Shown here: positions 10,834 to 19,502 of the stretch, one piece after another
Numbering within the stretch: position 1 is the stretch's first letter
How the letters are laid out: the number at the start of each line of letters is the position of its first letter
Source of the DNA: an uncultured Erysipelotrichia bacterium
GTDB taxonomy: Bacteria > Bacillota_I > Bacilli_A > CAYWJS01
Assembly: GCA_964458855.1 (NCBI GenBank)
Contig: CAYWJS010000001.1
Location: forward strand, 70,906 to 134,905
Length of the DNA: 64,000 bases
Direction: 5' to 3'
Made by a program: the position numbers and the translations under genes
Notes under the pieces: generated by a model
Told to the model about the DNA's origin: nothing
Database searches by the model: none
The model's input: the letters and a program-made list of their open reading frames with translations, nothing else

Positions 10834-12102
10834 TCAATTTTTTTCGTATGTATTATTTCGACAGTTTTGTTCGACAATTTTATTTTTGTCGAAATACCTT
10901 TTTCTTTTATAATTCATATAAAAAAGAAATATATATGACTTAATCATTGCAAGTGTTATTCCATTATGAAAATAAATAATTTCCCCATAGGGATAATCTT
11001 TTTTTCTTCCAACTCGCCCACATATTTGGATTAAAGTACTACTTGAAAATATCTTATGTTCGCTTCCTAAAACACAAATATTGATTCCTTTTAATGTTAT
11101 TCCGCGTTCTAAAATAGTAGTTGTAACTAAAATTTTTATTTTTCCAGAACGAAAATCATTGATTATTGCTGTTCTGTTTTCCGTTTTAGATGAAATAAAG
11201 TTTACTTTTTTCTCAAAAGGCTTAATTAAACTTGTAATTTTTTCTAAATATTTTATTTCAGGAATAAATATTAATAGAGGATTTTTATTTTTCTTAATAA
11301 ATTTTTTTAGTTTTCTAGGAAGTATTCTTCTATTTATATTTTTTTCCCAATTTCCAACATAAGAAAATTTAGGTAAAGGAAGCTTAAACCCGTGAAATCT
11401 AACAGGAAGAAGTACTTTGTTTTTTGTTTTCTTTAAATAAAAAGGAGGTGTTGCAGAAAGGTAGATGATACTACCATTCTTTTTTATTGCCCTTTTTAAA
11501 CCATATTGAAGTGATAAGTCTATATTAAAAGGAAAAGCATCAACTTCATCAATAATAATGAGATCAAAACAATTTTGAAATTTTAATAATTGGTGAGTTG
11601 TACAAACAACTATATCACCAATTTTACCTTGGTCTTTAGAGCCCGAATAAAGACTAACTACAGTATTTTCCATAAATACTTTTTTAAGTCTTGATGAAAT
11701 TTCAATAACAACTTCTCTTCTTGGAATAGTAAAACACACTTTTAATCCTTTTTTTAACGCATAAAAAATTGTTTCATAAACAATTTCTGTTTTTCCAGCA
11801 CCACAAACTGACCATACCAAAATATCTTCTTTTCTTTTTGTTGCCATAAGAACTTTTTTAGAAATTTCTTTTTGAGCATCTGTAAGATTATAGGTTAAAT
11901 AATAATTGTTAGGAATTTTAACATTATATTCCTTTGTATCTGAAAGTTCATCACACATTGAAACAATTCCAAGCCAAGCACAATTTAGACAATAAAAACA
12001 TATTCCACATTTTCGGCACGAAATTTTTATAAAAAATTCTTGCTTTTTATTACCACAACGATTACAAATAAGTTTACCATTTTTTATAGTTATTGCTTTC
12101 AT
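10834..12102 (-). CDS. comFA: ComF operon protein 1-like DNA uptake helicase (ComFA family)
   Basis: An N-terminal Cys-rich zinc-finger region (CNRCG...CRKCG...CLNC) precedes a DEAD/DEAH helicase core (GAGKT, DEVD). DegV lies upstream, as in B. subtilis yviA-comFA. The start was chosen at MKAITIKNG, which has a GGAGG RBS. Confidence 0.75.
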   Translation of the reverse strand: MKAITIKNGKLICNRCGNKKQEFFIKISCRKCGICFYCLNCAWLGIVSMCDELSDTKEYNVKIPNNYYLTYNLTDAQKEISKKVLMATKRKEDILVWSVCGAGKTEIVYETIFYALKKGLKVCFTIPRREVVIEISSRLKKVFMENTVVSLYSGSKDQGKIGDIVVCTTHQLLKFQNCFDLIIIDEVDAFPFNIDLSLQYGLKRAIKKNGSIIYLSATPPFYLKKTKNKVLLPVRFHGFKLPLPKFSYVGNWEKNINRRILPRKLKKFIKKNKNPLLIFIPEIKYLEKITSLIKPFEKKVNFISSKTENRTAIINDFRSGKIKILVTTTILERGITLKGINICVLGSEHKIFSSSTLIQICGRVGRKKDYPYGEIIYFHNGITLAMIKSYIFLFYMNYKRKRYFDKNKIVEQNCRNNTYEKN

Positions 12103-12106
12103 AATA

Positions 12107-12142
12107 AAAACCTCCAAAGGTTTATTCTCTTTGGAGGTTTTA
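12107..12142 (-). terminator. Hairpin (aaacctccaaag...ctttggaggttt) after the degV stop; it also contains the comFA RBS
   Basis: A 12-bp inverted repeat followed by T-rich sequence on the - strand. Confidence 0.5.
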
Positions 12143-12146
12143 TTTC

Positions 12147-13031
12147 CTATAATTTATACCAACCAACAGCAAATACACCTGGTCCTGTATGAGCACCAAT
12201 AGTTGGAGTTAGCAAGTATGTTTGGATTTTGTTTTTTGGATATAATTCTTTGATTTTATTATATAGATCATTTAGCATATTTTTATCTGAGTCTGCATGA
12301 ACAATAAAGATTGGATCAGTTTCTTTTAAATTAGCTTCTTTACAAAGTTCAAGAAGCCTTGCAAATGCTTTTTTAGATGTTCTAACCTTTTCAAAAGCAT
12401 CAACACCTTCTCTTGTAAGTTGGAGAATTGGTACAATATTTAATATTCCTGCCACAAAACTTGCTGCTTTACCAATTCGACCATTAATTTGTAAATATTT
12501 TAAGTCTTCTACTACAAAATAAATCTTCCATTTTTCTTTTAATGCATCAAGCGCTTTTATTATTTCAGAAACTGTTTTTCCTTCTTTTATTAATCTTGCT
12601 GCTGTCTCTTGCATATATCCTTCTATTATTGCGGTTGTTTCTGTATCATATACTGTAATTCTTTTAGGATCTACTTCTTCAGCAATTACTCTTCCATTTT
12701 CATAAGTTCCGCTTAGAGCAGATGCAATAGTAAGATAAATAACATGGTCATATTCTTTTAATAATTTGCGAAATAATTCTTCTAACTCTAAAGGATTAGG
12801 AAGAGACGTTTTTGGAAAATTACCCAATCTTACTTTTTTATAAAATTCTTCATGTGGCATTTCAACAAGATCTTTATATGTTTTATCATCAAAAATTATA
12901 TCCATTGGTGCTAAATACATGTTGTGTTTCTCAAGTGATTCTTTACTTACAACACCTGAACTTGTAACAACAAGCGCTATTTTTTGTTTCATTTTACCAC
13001 CTTCTTTTATAGTATAGGTATAATTATACAT
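12147..13031 (-). CDS. degV: DegV family fatty-acid-binding protein
   Basis: About 290 aa with DegV/EDD-fold length and architecture (KIALVVTSSG...). It holds the conserved position upstream of comFA. Confidence 0.75.
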   Translation of the reverse strand: MYNYTYTIKEGGKMKQKIALVVTSSGVVSKESLEKHNMYLAPMDIIFDDKTYKDLVEMPHEEFYKKVRLGNFPKTSLPNPLELEELFRKLLKEYDHVIYLTIASALSGTYENGRVIAEEVDPKRITVYDTETTAIIEGYMQETAARLIKEGKTVSEIIKALDALKEKWKIYFVVEDLKYLQINGRIGKAASFVAGILNIVPILQLTREGVDAFEKVRTSKKAFARLLELCKEANLKETDPIFIVHADSDKNMLNDLYNKIKELYPKNKIQTYLLTPTIGAHTGPGVFAVGWYKL

Positions 13032-13101
13032 AAAATACTTTGAATGTCAAAGTATTTTTGTTTTTTTATTATTTATATAATATAATTAAAGTGGTGAGAG
13101 T

Positions 13102-13704
13102 ATGAATTATTTTACAATCAAAGAAATTTATGAGCATGAGATAATAAATAAAAAGTCACGTTTTATTTGTAAACTTATTCCTGTTTCAAATAAAGAGATG
13201 GTTGACTCATATTTAAAAAGTTTTAAAAAAGAATATGCTGATGCACGACATATTTGTTATGGATATATTATAGGAATTGAACAACAAACAAGTGGCTCTT
13301 CTGATGATAAAGAACCAAAAGGAACAGCAGGGGTACAAATACTTTCTGTTTTAACCAAAAAGAAAATAACTAATTGTTTGTGTGTTATAATTAGGTATTT
13401 TGGAGGAGTTAAGCTTGGAGCAAGTTTACTTGCAAGAACTTATGCCCGGTGTGCAAAAGAGACAATTGAAAAAGCAAGTATTTTAGAATTAACAAAAGGA
13501 TATGAATATAAACTTATTTTTAGTTATGAAAAACAAAATTTAATAGATATACTAACAAAAAACATAAATATTATAGATAAAACTTTTACAGATAATATTA
13601 CTTATATTGTTGAATCTACTGAAATTTTAAGTGATAGTATTTTAAAAAACTGTATTAAGGCAGAATTAATTAAAGAATCATATATAACAAAAAAGCGTTC
13701 TTAA
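13102..13704 (+). CDS. yigZ: IMPACT/YigZ family protein (UPF0029)
   Basis: 200 aa. The conserved D-D-x-EP-x-GTAG-x-x-IL block (SGSSDDKEPKGTAGVQILSVL) is present. Confidence 0.7.
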   Translation: MNYFTIKEIYEHEIINKKSRFICKLIPVSNKEMVDSYLKSFKKEYADARHICYGYIIGIEQQTSGSSDDKEPKGTAGVQILSVLTKKKITNCLCVIIRYFGGVKLGASLLARTYARCAKETIEKASILELTKGYEYKLIFSYEKQNLIDILTKNINIIDKTFTDNITYIVESTEILSDSILKNCIKAELIKESYITKKRS

Positions 13705-13715
13705 GAACGCTTTTT
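13690..13715. terminator. Bidirectional terminator hairpin (aaaaagcgttc-ttaa-gaacgcttttt); the yigZ and tagO-like stop codons overlap within its loop
   Basis: A perfect 11-bp inverted repeat flanked by A-run and T-run. The TAA of yigZ (13702-13704) and the TAA of the - strand gene (13701-13703) share nucleotides. Confidence 0.65.
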
Positions 13716-14744
13716 ATTTTTTCTACCTAAAATATTTGTTTTTGAAACAAAAATTGCAATGAAAATAAACATGATTCCAAACAGGATCACTGCAATTTGT
13801 TCACTCCATAAAGCGTAAATAATTGCAATTGCTGAAAAAATAAAAGAAATTATATAAATTGTAAGTACTGTTTTTATTTGTGAATTATTAATTTTTAATA
13901 ATTGGTGATGAATATGTTCTTTATCAGGAGTTGAAAAAGATTTTTTACTTAAAACTCTTCTTAAAAACGCACATATCGTATCCAGGATTGGAATTGCAAG
14001 AATAACTATTGGAACAATGATTGATAAAAAGATTGTACTTTTAAATCCTAACAAAGATATAACTGCAATTATAAAACCCAAAAATAATGAACCAGTATCA
14101 CCCATAAATATTTTTGCAGGGTGAAAGTTATGAATTAAAAATCCTAAAGTTGAACCTAACATAATAAGTGAAAGTATTAAAACAAAATTACTATCAGCTC
14201 CAAACTTAACGCCTGCAATTATTGATAAAGTTAAAAAGAAGATTGAACTTACTCCAGCTGCAAGTCCATCAAGACCATCAATTAAATTAATTGAATTAAT
14301 AACAAAGATAATATAAATTACTGTGAGAAAATAACCTAAATAAGAAAAGCGAAAACTAATATCAAATGGTAAAACTATCTTATCTAAAACTATATTTCCG
14401 TAAAAAACTATTATTAGTGCAGCAATAATTTGCGCAAGCAATTTTACCCTTGGCTTAATTGAAGTTATATCATCAACAATACCAGTAATAATTATAATAA
14501 AACTTCCAATTAAAATCGCAATCATTTCAATATATAAAGGACAAAATAAAATACAACCAAGAAGAAACCCAAAATAGATTGCAAGTCCTCCAAGTCTTGG
14601 CATCGCTTTTTTATGAATTTTTCTTTTACTTGGTTTATCAACTGCCCCAATATAAAATGCAACATCTTTTATATAAGGAGTAATAAACCAAACAAAGATA
14701 AGCATTGTAATAACAATAACAAAACTTTCAACTAATAACTTCAT
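13701..14744 (-). CDS. tagO: Polyprenyl-phosphate N-acetylhexosamine-1-phosphate transferase (glycosyltransferase family 4; WecA/TagO/MraY superfamily)
   Basis: A polytopic membrane protein with the motifs GLDGLAAG and DTGSLFLGF. The start was chosen at MKLLVESF. The ORF-track extension overlaps the mreB terminator. Confidence 0.7.
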   Translation of the reverse strand: MKLLVESFVIVITMLIFVWFITPYIKDVAFYIGAVDKPSKRKIHKKAMPRLGGLAIYFGFLLGCILFCPLYIEMIAILIGSFIIIITGIVDDITSIKPRVKLLAQIIAALIIVFYGNIVLDKIVLPFDISFRFSYLGYFLTVIYIIFVINSINLIDGLDGLAAGVSSIFFLTLSIIAGVKFGADSNFVLILSLIMLGSTLGFLIHNFHPAKIFMGDTGSLFLGFIIAVISLLGFKSTIFLSIIVPIVILAIPILDTICAFLRRVLSKKSFSTPDKEHIHHQLLKINNSQIKTVLTIYIISFIFSAIAIIYALWSEQIAVILFGIMFIFIAIFVSKTNILGRKNKKRS

Positions 14745-14787
14745 ACTACCACCCATTTTTGGTCTTGTTAATATTATAACACAAAAT

Positions 14788-14810
14788 AAAAACACCAAAT
14801 GGTGTTTTTA
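14788..14810 (-). terminator. Hairpin (aaaaacaccaaatggtgttttt) at the mreB-like stop
   Basis: An inverted repeat with flanking T-run on the - strand. Confidence 0.5.
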
Positions 14811-15806
14811 TAATTTTGAATTTTCTAATAAATGTATGTTGTTTAAAAGTATCCCTGTTCCTCTTGCAACACAAGTTAGTGGATCTTCTGCTGGAAAAAC
14901 TGGAACTTTTAATTCTTGTTGAAGGATTTCTGCCATTCCATCAAGTAAAGCTCCACCACCAGTTAAAACAATTCCGTTTTCAATAATATCTGCTGCAAGT
15001 TCAGGTGGAGTGCTTTCAAGTACTCTTTTTGCTGCTGAAATAATCATACTAACACTTTCACGAAGTGCCTCTTCTATTTCTTCAGATGTTATTGATAGAG
15101 TATGTGGAAGTCCAGTTACTAAGTCTCTTCCTCGAACATCCATTCTTTCTTTTTTTCCACCTGGTATTACAGTCCCAATTTGAATTTTAATTTGTTCTGC
15201 TGTTTTATCTCCTATTAATAATTTGTATTTATCTTTAATATATTGAGCAATTTCTGTATCAAATTTATTCCCTGCAACTTTAATTGATTCACTAGTAACA
15301 ATACTACCTAGTGATAAAACTGCAACGTCTGTTGTTCCACCACCAACATCAATTACCATATTTCCTGTTGGTTTTGAAATATCCATGTCCGCTCCAATAG
15401 CTGCAACTTTTGCTTCTTCTGCAATATAAACCTTTTTCGCACCAGTTCTTTCAGCTGCTTCTTTTATTGCATTTTTTTCTACTTGTGTAATTTCAGCTGG
15501 ACAACAAATTAATACACGAGGACGTGAAAATAATCCTTTTGCTTTGATCTTTTTAATAAAATAATTAAGCATTATTTCTGTTATTTCAAAATTAGCAATA
15601 ACTCCATCTTTCATTGGGCGAATTGCCTCAAATGTGCCAGGAGTTTTGCCAAGCATTTCATGAGCTTCCCGACCAACAGCAATTGGCTTTTTTGTTTCTG
15701 AATCAATTGCAACAACACTAGGCTCGTCCAATACTATTCCTTGTCCGCGAACATATATAAGGACGTTTGCAGTTCCTAAGTCTATTCCTATATCTCGTGC
15801 AAACAT
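14808..15806 (-). CDS. mreB: Rod-shape determining actin homologue MreB/Mbl
   Basis: Actin-fold motifs DIGIDLGTANVL and VIDVGGGTTD are present. It lies downstream of spoIIID, as in the spoIIID-mbl arrangement. Confidence 0.9.
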   Translation of the reverse strand: MFARDIGIDLGTANVLIYVRGQGIVLDEPSVVAIDSETKKPIAVGREAHEMLGKTPGTFEAIRPMKDGVIANFEITEIMLNYFIKKIKAKGLFSRPRVLICCPAEITQVEKNAIKEAAERTGAKKVYIAEEAKVAAIGADMDISKPTGNMVIDVGGGTTDVAVLSLGSIVTSESIKVAGNKFDTEIAQYIKDKYKLLIGDKTAEQIKIQIGTVIPGGKKERMDVRGRDLVTGLPHTLSITSEEIEEALRESVSMIISAAKRVLESTPPELAADIIENGIVLTGGGALLDGMAEILQQELKVPVFPAEDPLTCVARGTGILLNNIHLLENSKL

Positions 15807-15868
15807 TATTATTACCTCCATACTCTGTAGACTATAAATTATCTATTACATATATTACCACATAATAA

Positions 15869-16135
15869 TCATTTAGTATAGTTATTTTTTCTGGCTAAAT
15901 ATTTTCTTTTTGTTGCTTCTCCACCTCTAATATGTCTAATTTCTTTATGGTGATTAAGTATTTTTTTTACATGTTGGTAAAGTTTTTCATTTATTTTTGG
16001 TAATCGATAAGTTAAGTCTTTATGAATTGTGCTTTTGCTTACTTTGAAAAGAGGTGCTACTTCACGAACTGTCTTTTTAGTATCTAAAACATAATATGCC
16101 ACTTCCAAAACTCGATTATGTATTAAAGGATTCAT
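15869..16135 (-). CDS. spoIIID: Sporulation transcriptional regulator SpoIIID
   Basis: 88 aa. The sequence matches the SpoIIID HTH and basic region closely (KKTVREVAPLFKVSKSTIHKDLTYRLP...HKEIRHIRGGEATKRKY). Confidence 0.85.
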   Translation of the reverse strand: MNPLIHNRVLEVAYYVLDTKKTVREVAPLFKVSKSTIHKDLTYRLPKINEKLYQHVKKILNHHKEIRHIRGGEATKRKYLARKNNYTK

Positions 16136-16195
16136 AATATCACCCTATCTTACTTGGTATATCATATTTTTAATGTTTTAAAATTATTCATTAAA

Positions 16196-16222
16196 AAAGC
16201 TGACCTAAGGCCAGCTTTATAA
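16196..16222 (-). terminator. Hairpin (aaaagctgacc-taa-ggccagcttt) at the spoIIQ-like stop
   Basis: An inverted repeat plus a T-run on the - strand. Confidence 0.5.
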
Positions 16223-16870
16223 ATCTTTTACTTTTTTGTTGTAATATTTCCCCGGATTAACATTTTCACCGTCTTTAATTAATTCAAAATGCAAGTGATT
16301 TCCAAGATCAGGATCAATATTTGATTTCCCGCTTTTACCAATTACTTCACCTTGGTTTACAACATCACCTTTTTTAACATTTGTTGCACTAAGACTTTGA
16401 TAAATACTTGTTAATCCATTTTCATGTTTTATTTCAATAATTTTCCCAAATGTTTCATCGTCTCTAACATCCATTACTGTTCCACTTAATACCGCTATAA
16501 CATCAAATACTTTTGAATTACTATAATCAACTCCTAAATTTTGAAGATACAAACTTTTAATTCTTTTTAGGGATTTTTCTTGAACACTACTTTCTGCCTC
16601 ATAATCGTAGAAATCTTTAACAATTTTAATGTCTTTATCAGTAAATGGTTTAACTATTATTTCATCAAGTTTTCCAACAACTATTTCATCCTCATCTTCA
16701 TCATCATTATTTCCGGGAGGCTCACCAGTGTATTCATCTGGCTTTTTATTTTGACCTGGACCATAAACAATTAAGCTTTTTTGTAAAAAATAAACACTCG
16801 TTATAACAGCAATAATTGTAAACAAATAAATAAAGGGAGTAATTATTGTTTTTATATCCTTTTTTTCCAT
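16217..16870 (-). CDS. spoIIQ: Membrane-anchored LytM/M23-domain protein, SpoIIQ-like
   Basis: An N-terminal TM helix and an acidic linker precede a degenerate M23 domain ending GNHLHFEL. The gene is sandwiched between spoIID and spoIIID, as in the clostridial spoIID-spoIIQ-spoIIID-mreB order. Confidence 0.6.
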   Translation of the reverse strand: MEKKDIKTIITPFIYLFTIIAVITSVYFLQKSLIVYGPGQNKKPDEYTGEPPGNNDDEDEDEIVVGKLDEIIVKPFTDKDIKIVKDFYDYEAESSVQEKSLKRIKSLYLQNLGVDYSNSKVFDVIAVLSGTVMDVRDDETFGKIIEIKHENGLTSIYQSLSATNVKKGDVVNQGEVIGKSGKSNIDPDLGNHLHFELIKDGENVNPGKYYNKKVKDL

Positions 16871-16920
16871 TATTGATCACCTCTATTAAAAGTGTGGTCA
16901 ATAATATTATTTCTATACAT

Positions 16921-17841
16921 TTATTTTATTTTTTTTATTTCAACCCCATAATAATAATGAAGAAGTATCTCTTTATAATTGTAACCTTCTTTAGCCATTC
17001 CATTGGCTCCATACTGACTCATTCCAACTCCATGACCATAACCTTTTGTAAAAAAAGTTAAAATATTTCCTTTTTTTTCAATTTCAAAATCAGTTGAACG
17101 AAGTCCTAGTTTAACATAAAGCTCTCGAGCATTAAACACTTTACCATTTACACTCAAAGTTAATATTCGATTTGTCTCTGCTCGTGATAAAACTTTAAAA
17201 TCAAAATTTTCACTATATGGCAGTCCTAATTTATTATAAAACTCATCTAAGGTAATTTGTTTTGTGCTATTAAAAGCGGGAGAGGTTGTCCGATCCCAGT
17301 TTGATTCAACACTACGTAAATACGGAACTTCAAAAGAAAAAACATTTTCTGAGTTTTCTGTATATCCATTACTTGTTGAAAAATATAGTGCATCAATTAT
17401 TTTGTCATTATAAACTAATACCTCATCTTTAGTTTCAAAAACTGCTTTTCTAAGTTTATTAATATTTTCAATATATTTATCTTTCCAAGCAACTTTTAAA
17501 TAATCTAAATCTAAATATACCTGGTGATCCACAGTGTCTACAACATCATAAGTATTTTTTTTATTATATTCAATTCTTTTTAAGGCATAAGTACGAGCTG
17601 CAATAGCTTGTGCCTTAAGTGCTTCCACATGAAAACTTATTGGCATTTCACCTGCTAAAACCCCCACTACATATTCTTCTAGAGGAATTACTTCTATTAT
17701 ATTTTTCTTTGTTCTTTTCACTCTAATTGTTATATCAGTTTTTAAATCATAAATTTTTTCAATTGGTTTTTTCATTATAACATTTACAATTATGTATGGC
17801 ACTATAAATATAAGTAGGATTATAAGAATTCCCTTTTTCAT
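16921..17841 (-). CDS. spoIID: Stage II sporulation protein D (SpoIID/LytB-domain lytic transglycosylase)
   Basis: A signal or TM anchor followed by the SpoIID domain (GVLAGEMPISFHVEALKAQAIAARTYAL, GHGVGMSQYGA). Confidence 0.8.
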   Translation of the reverse strand: MKKGILIILLIFIVPYIIVNVIMKKPIEKIYDLKTDITIRVKRTKKNIIEVIPLEEYVVGVLAGEMPISFHVEALKAQAIAARTYALKRIEYNKKNTYDVVDTVDHQVYLDLDYLKVAWKDKYIENINKLRKAVFETKDEVLVYNDKIIDALYFSTSNGYTENSENVFSFEVPYLRSVESNWDRTTSPAFNSTKQITLDEFYNKLGLPYSENFDFKVLSRAETNRILTLSVNGKVFNARELYVKLGLRSTDFEIEKKGNILTFFTKGYGHGVGMSQYGANGMAKEGYNYKEILLHYYYGVEIKKIK

Positions 17842-17904
17842 ATTATTCCTCCACTTGTCCTACTTATATAATGTGTTTAAAATTATGTTTTTATTACAAA
17901 ATAA

Positions 17905-17930
17905 AAAACAAGAATTAAATTCTTGTTTTA
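17905..17930 (-). terminator. Hairpin (aaaacaagaatt-aa-attcttgtttt) after prepilin-like gene P1
   Basis: A 12-bp inverted repeat plus a T-run. Confidence 0.55.
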
Positions 17931-17934
17931 AAAA

Positions 17935-18993
17935 TTATTTTTTTCTAGCTGAATAATTTTGTTTTACTTCTTCGGGTGTTAGTATGCGCTTGTATATTTT
18001 AACATCTGAAATAAGTCCCATATGCTGGCGATAAACTCCAGATGTAGCACCACATGCCAATCTGATGTTATCACTTGCCCAGGCAACAGATTTTGCAGGT
18101 GAAATGTTTCTTGTCGCAACTAACTCGCCATTATAATAAAGTTTTACATCTCCTTCGCGGTTAATAGTAAATGTAACATAGAACCATTCATTAAGAGGTG
18201 GTTTTATACTAGTATTCACCCAATAATCATAACCCGAACCAAAGTATGTATTGAAAGCAAGATTACCTGCGTTGTTAACCATTAAACCATATCTTCCAAT
18301 TCCCCAACTTTGAGTTCCAACAAAACGATTATATTGTCCTTCAGGAAAGCCTTCATATCGATATACCCAAAGTGCAACCGAATACTGTCTTTCTGAAAAT
18401 TTTAAATTTAAATCTAAATATTGATTATTACCACTAAATGCATATCCCTTTCTTCCATCCACTTCTGTTCCTGTCCAAGTGGGAGCAGTTGTATCACTTA
18501 AACGAACACTATTGTTATTTCCGCTCCTATCAATCCAATAAACTATACCTCCAATATTTATTGGCCCATAATTTCCATCTAAAAATAGCATTAGATCTTT
18601 TTTATTATAACTTTTAGTAACATAACTTTCACAATTTAAGTCAACTTCGAAGTTAAGTTGATATTCATTTAGTCTTGTTACTATAACTATAGTTTTATCA
18701 GAATCACACTCTTTTTTTGTTTTTGGATCAATAATTTCACTTATTAAACCTGCATCTATCAAAGTTTGTAAAGATAATACTTTGGTTGAACCAATATTAG
18801 GTAGTTCATGACTACTTACTTTAAAATAATCAATTGCTGCTTCTTCAATTGATTTTTCATGTGCAAAATAAACCTCTTTGTTAACACCTCTTAACAATTC
18901 CATAGCATTCGGAAATACTATTACTGCCATTATTAAAGAAAGTAGTGCTAGGGTAATAAGAATTTCAACTAGGGTGAATCCTTTATTTTTCAT
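17935..18993 (-). CDS. Prepilin-type (class III signal peptide) pseudopilin-like protein with a C-terminal LamG/concanavalin-like (Laminin_G_3-type) domain (paralog P1)
   Basis: The N-terminus MKNKG^FTLVEILITLALLSLIMAVIV carries a prepilin peptidase site. A ComGC/GspG-like alpha-beta core follows (AAIDYF...LIDAGLISEIIDP...C). The C-terminal roughly 200 aa has the LamG_3 pattern (GYAFSGNNQYLDL, SVALWVYR, WFYVTFT, LYYNGELVA, LISDVKIYKRILTPEEVKQNY). Confidence 0.6.
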   Translation of the reverse strand: MKNKGFTLVEILITLALLSLIMAVIVFPNAMELLRGVNKEVYFAHEKSIEEAAIDYFKVSSHELPNIGSTKVLSLQTLIDAGLISEIIDPKTKKECDSDKTIVIVTRLNEYQLNFEVDLNCESYVTKSYNKKDLMLFLDGNYGPINIGGIVYWIDRSGNNNSVRLSDTTAPTWTGTEVDGRKGYAFSGNNQYLDLNLKFSERQYSVALWVYRYEGFPEGQYNRFVGTQSWGIGRYGLMVNNAGNLAFNTYFGSGYDYWVNTSIKPPLNEWFYVTFTINREGDVKLYYNGELVATRNISPAKSVAWASDNIRLACGATSGVYRQHMGLISDVKIYKRILTPEEVKQNYSARKK

Positions 18994-18997
18994 TTTA

Positions 18998-19438
18998 TCA
19001 CCTCTTATTTTCATAAGCCGTTATCATATCTATTCTTCTTTGATGACGACCGCCAAGAAACTCAGTATCTAACCAAACTCTAATAATATTTTTTACCTCT
19101 TCTTCTGTTAAATAATCTGCAGGTATTGCTAAAACATTGCTATCATTATCAAGACGTGACATATAAGCAATTTCTGCGTTATAACAAAGAGCACAACGAA
19201 CACCTTTTACTTTATTAACTGCAATTGCAATACCATTACCACTACCACAAAGAAGAATTCCGCGATCTGCGGTTTTGTTTATACTTTCACCGACTAAAAA
19301 AGCATATTTTGGATAATCCACTCGTTTAGTACTATCTGTTCCATAATCAATTACTTCATGACCTAATTCTTTTAAAAAATCTATAACTTTTAGTTTTAAT
19401 TCAAATCCTCGATGATCAGTGCCAATTGCTATTTTCAT
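18998..19438 (-). CDS. rpiB: Ribose-5-phosphate isomerase B
   Basis: MKIAIGTDHRGFELK...GILLCGSGNGIAIAVNK is typical of RpiB/LacAB. Confidence 0.85.
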   Translation of the reverse strand: MKIAIGTDHRGFELKLKVIDFLKELGHEVIDYGTDSTKRVDYPKYAFLVGESINKTADRGILLCGSGNGIAIAVNKVKGVRCALCYNAEIAYMSRLDNDSNVLAIPADYLTEEEVKNIIRVWLDTEFLGGRHQRRIDMITAYENKR

Positions 19439-19470
19439 ACTATCACCTAAAATTATTATAACACAGAAAA

Positions 19471-19502
19471 TAAAAACATTAATTATTTAAATTAATGTTT
19501 TT
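19471..19502 (-). terminator. Hairpin (aaaaacattaatt-atttaa-attaatgttttt) at the mntP stop
   Basis: An inverted repeat plus a T-run. Confidence 0.5.

Noticed and set aside
10763-10837. N-terminal extensions proposed by the ORF track for csp, rpmE, hpf, tdk, mreB, dnaC, comFA, DUF951 and the HtrA-like gene
   Set aside because: In each case an internal ATG preceded by a strong GGAGG-type RBS gives the canonical N-terminus of the family. The upstream extensions start at TTG/GTG or lack an RBS.
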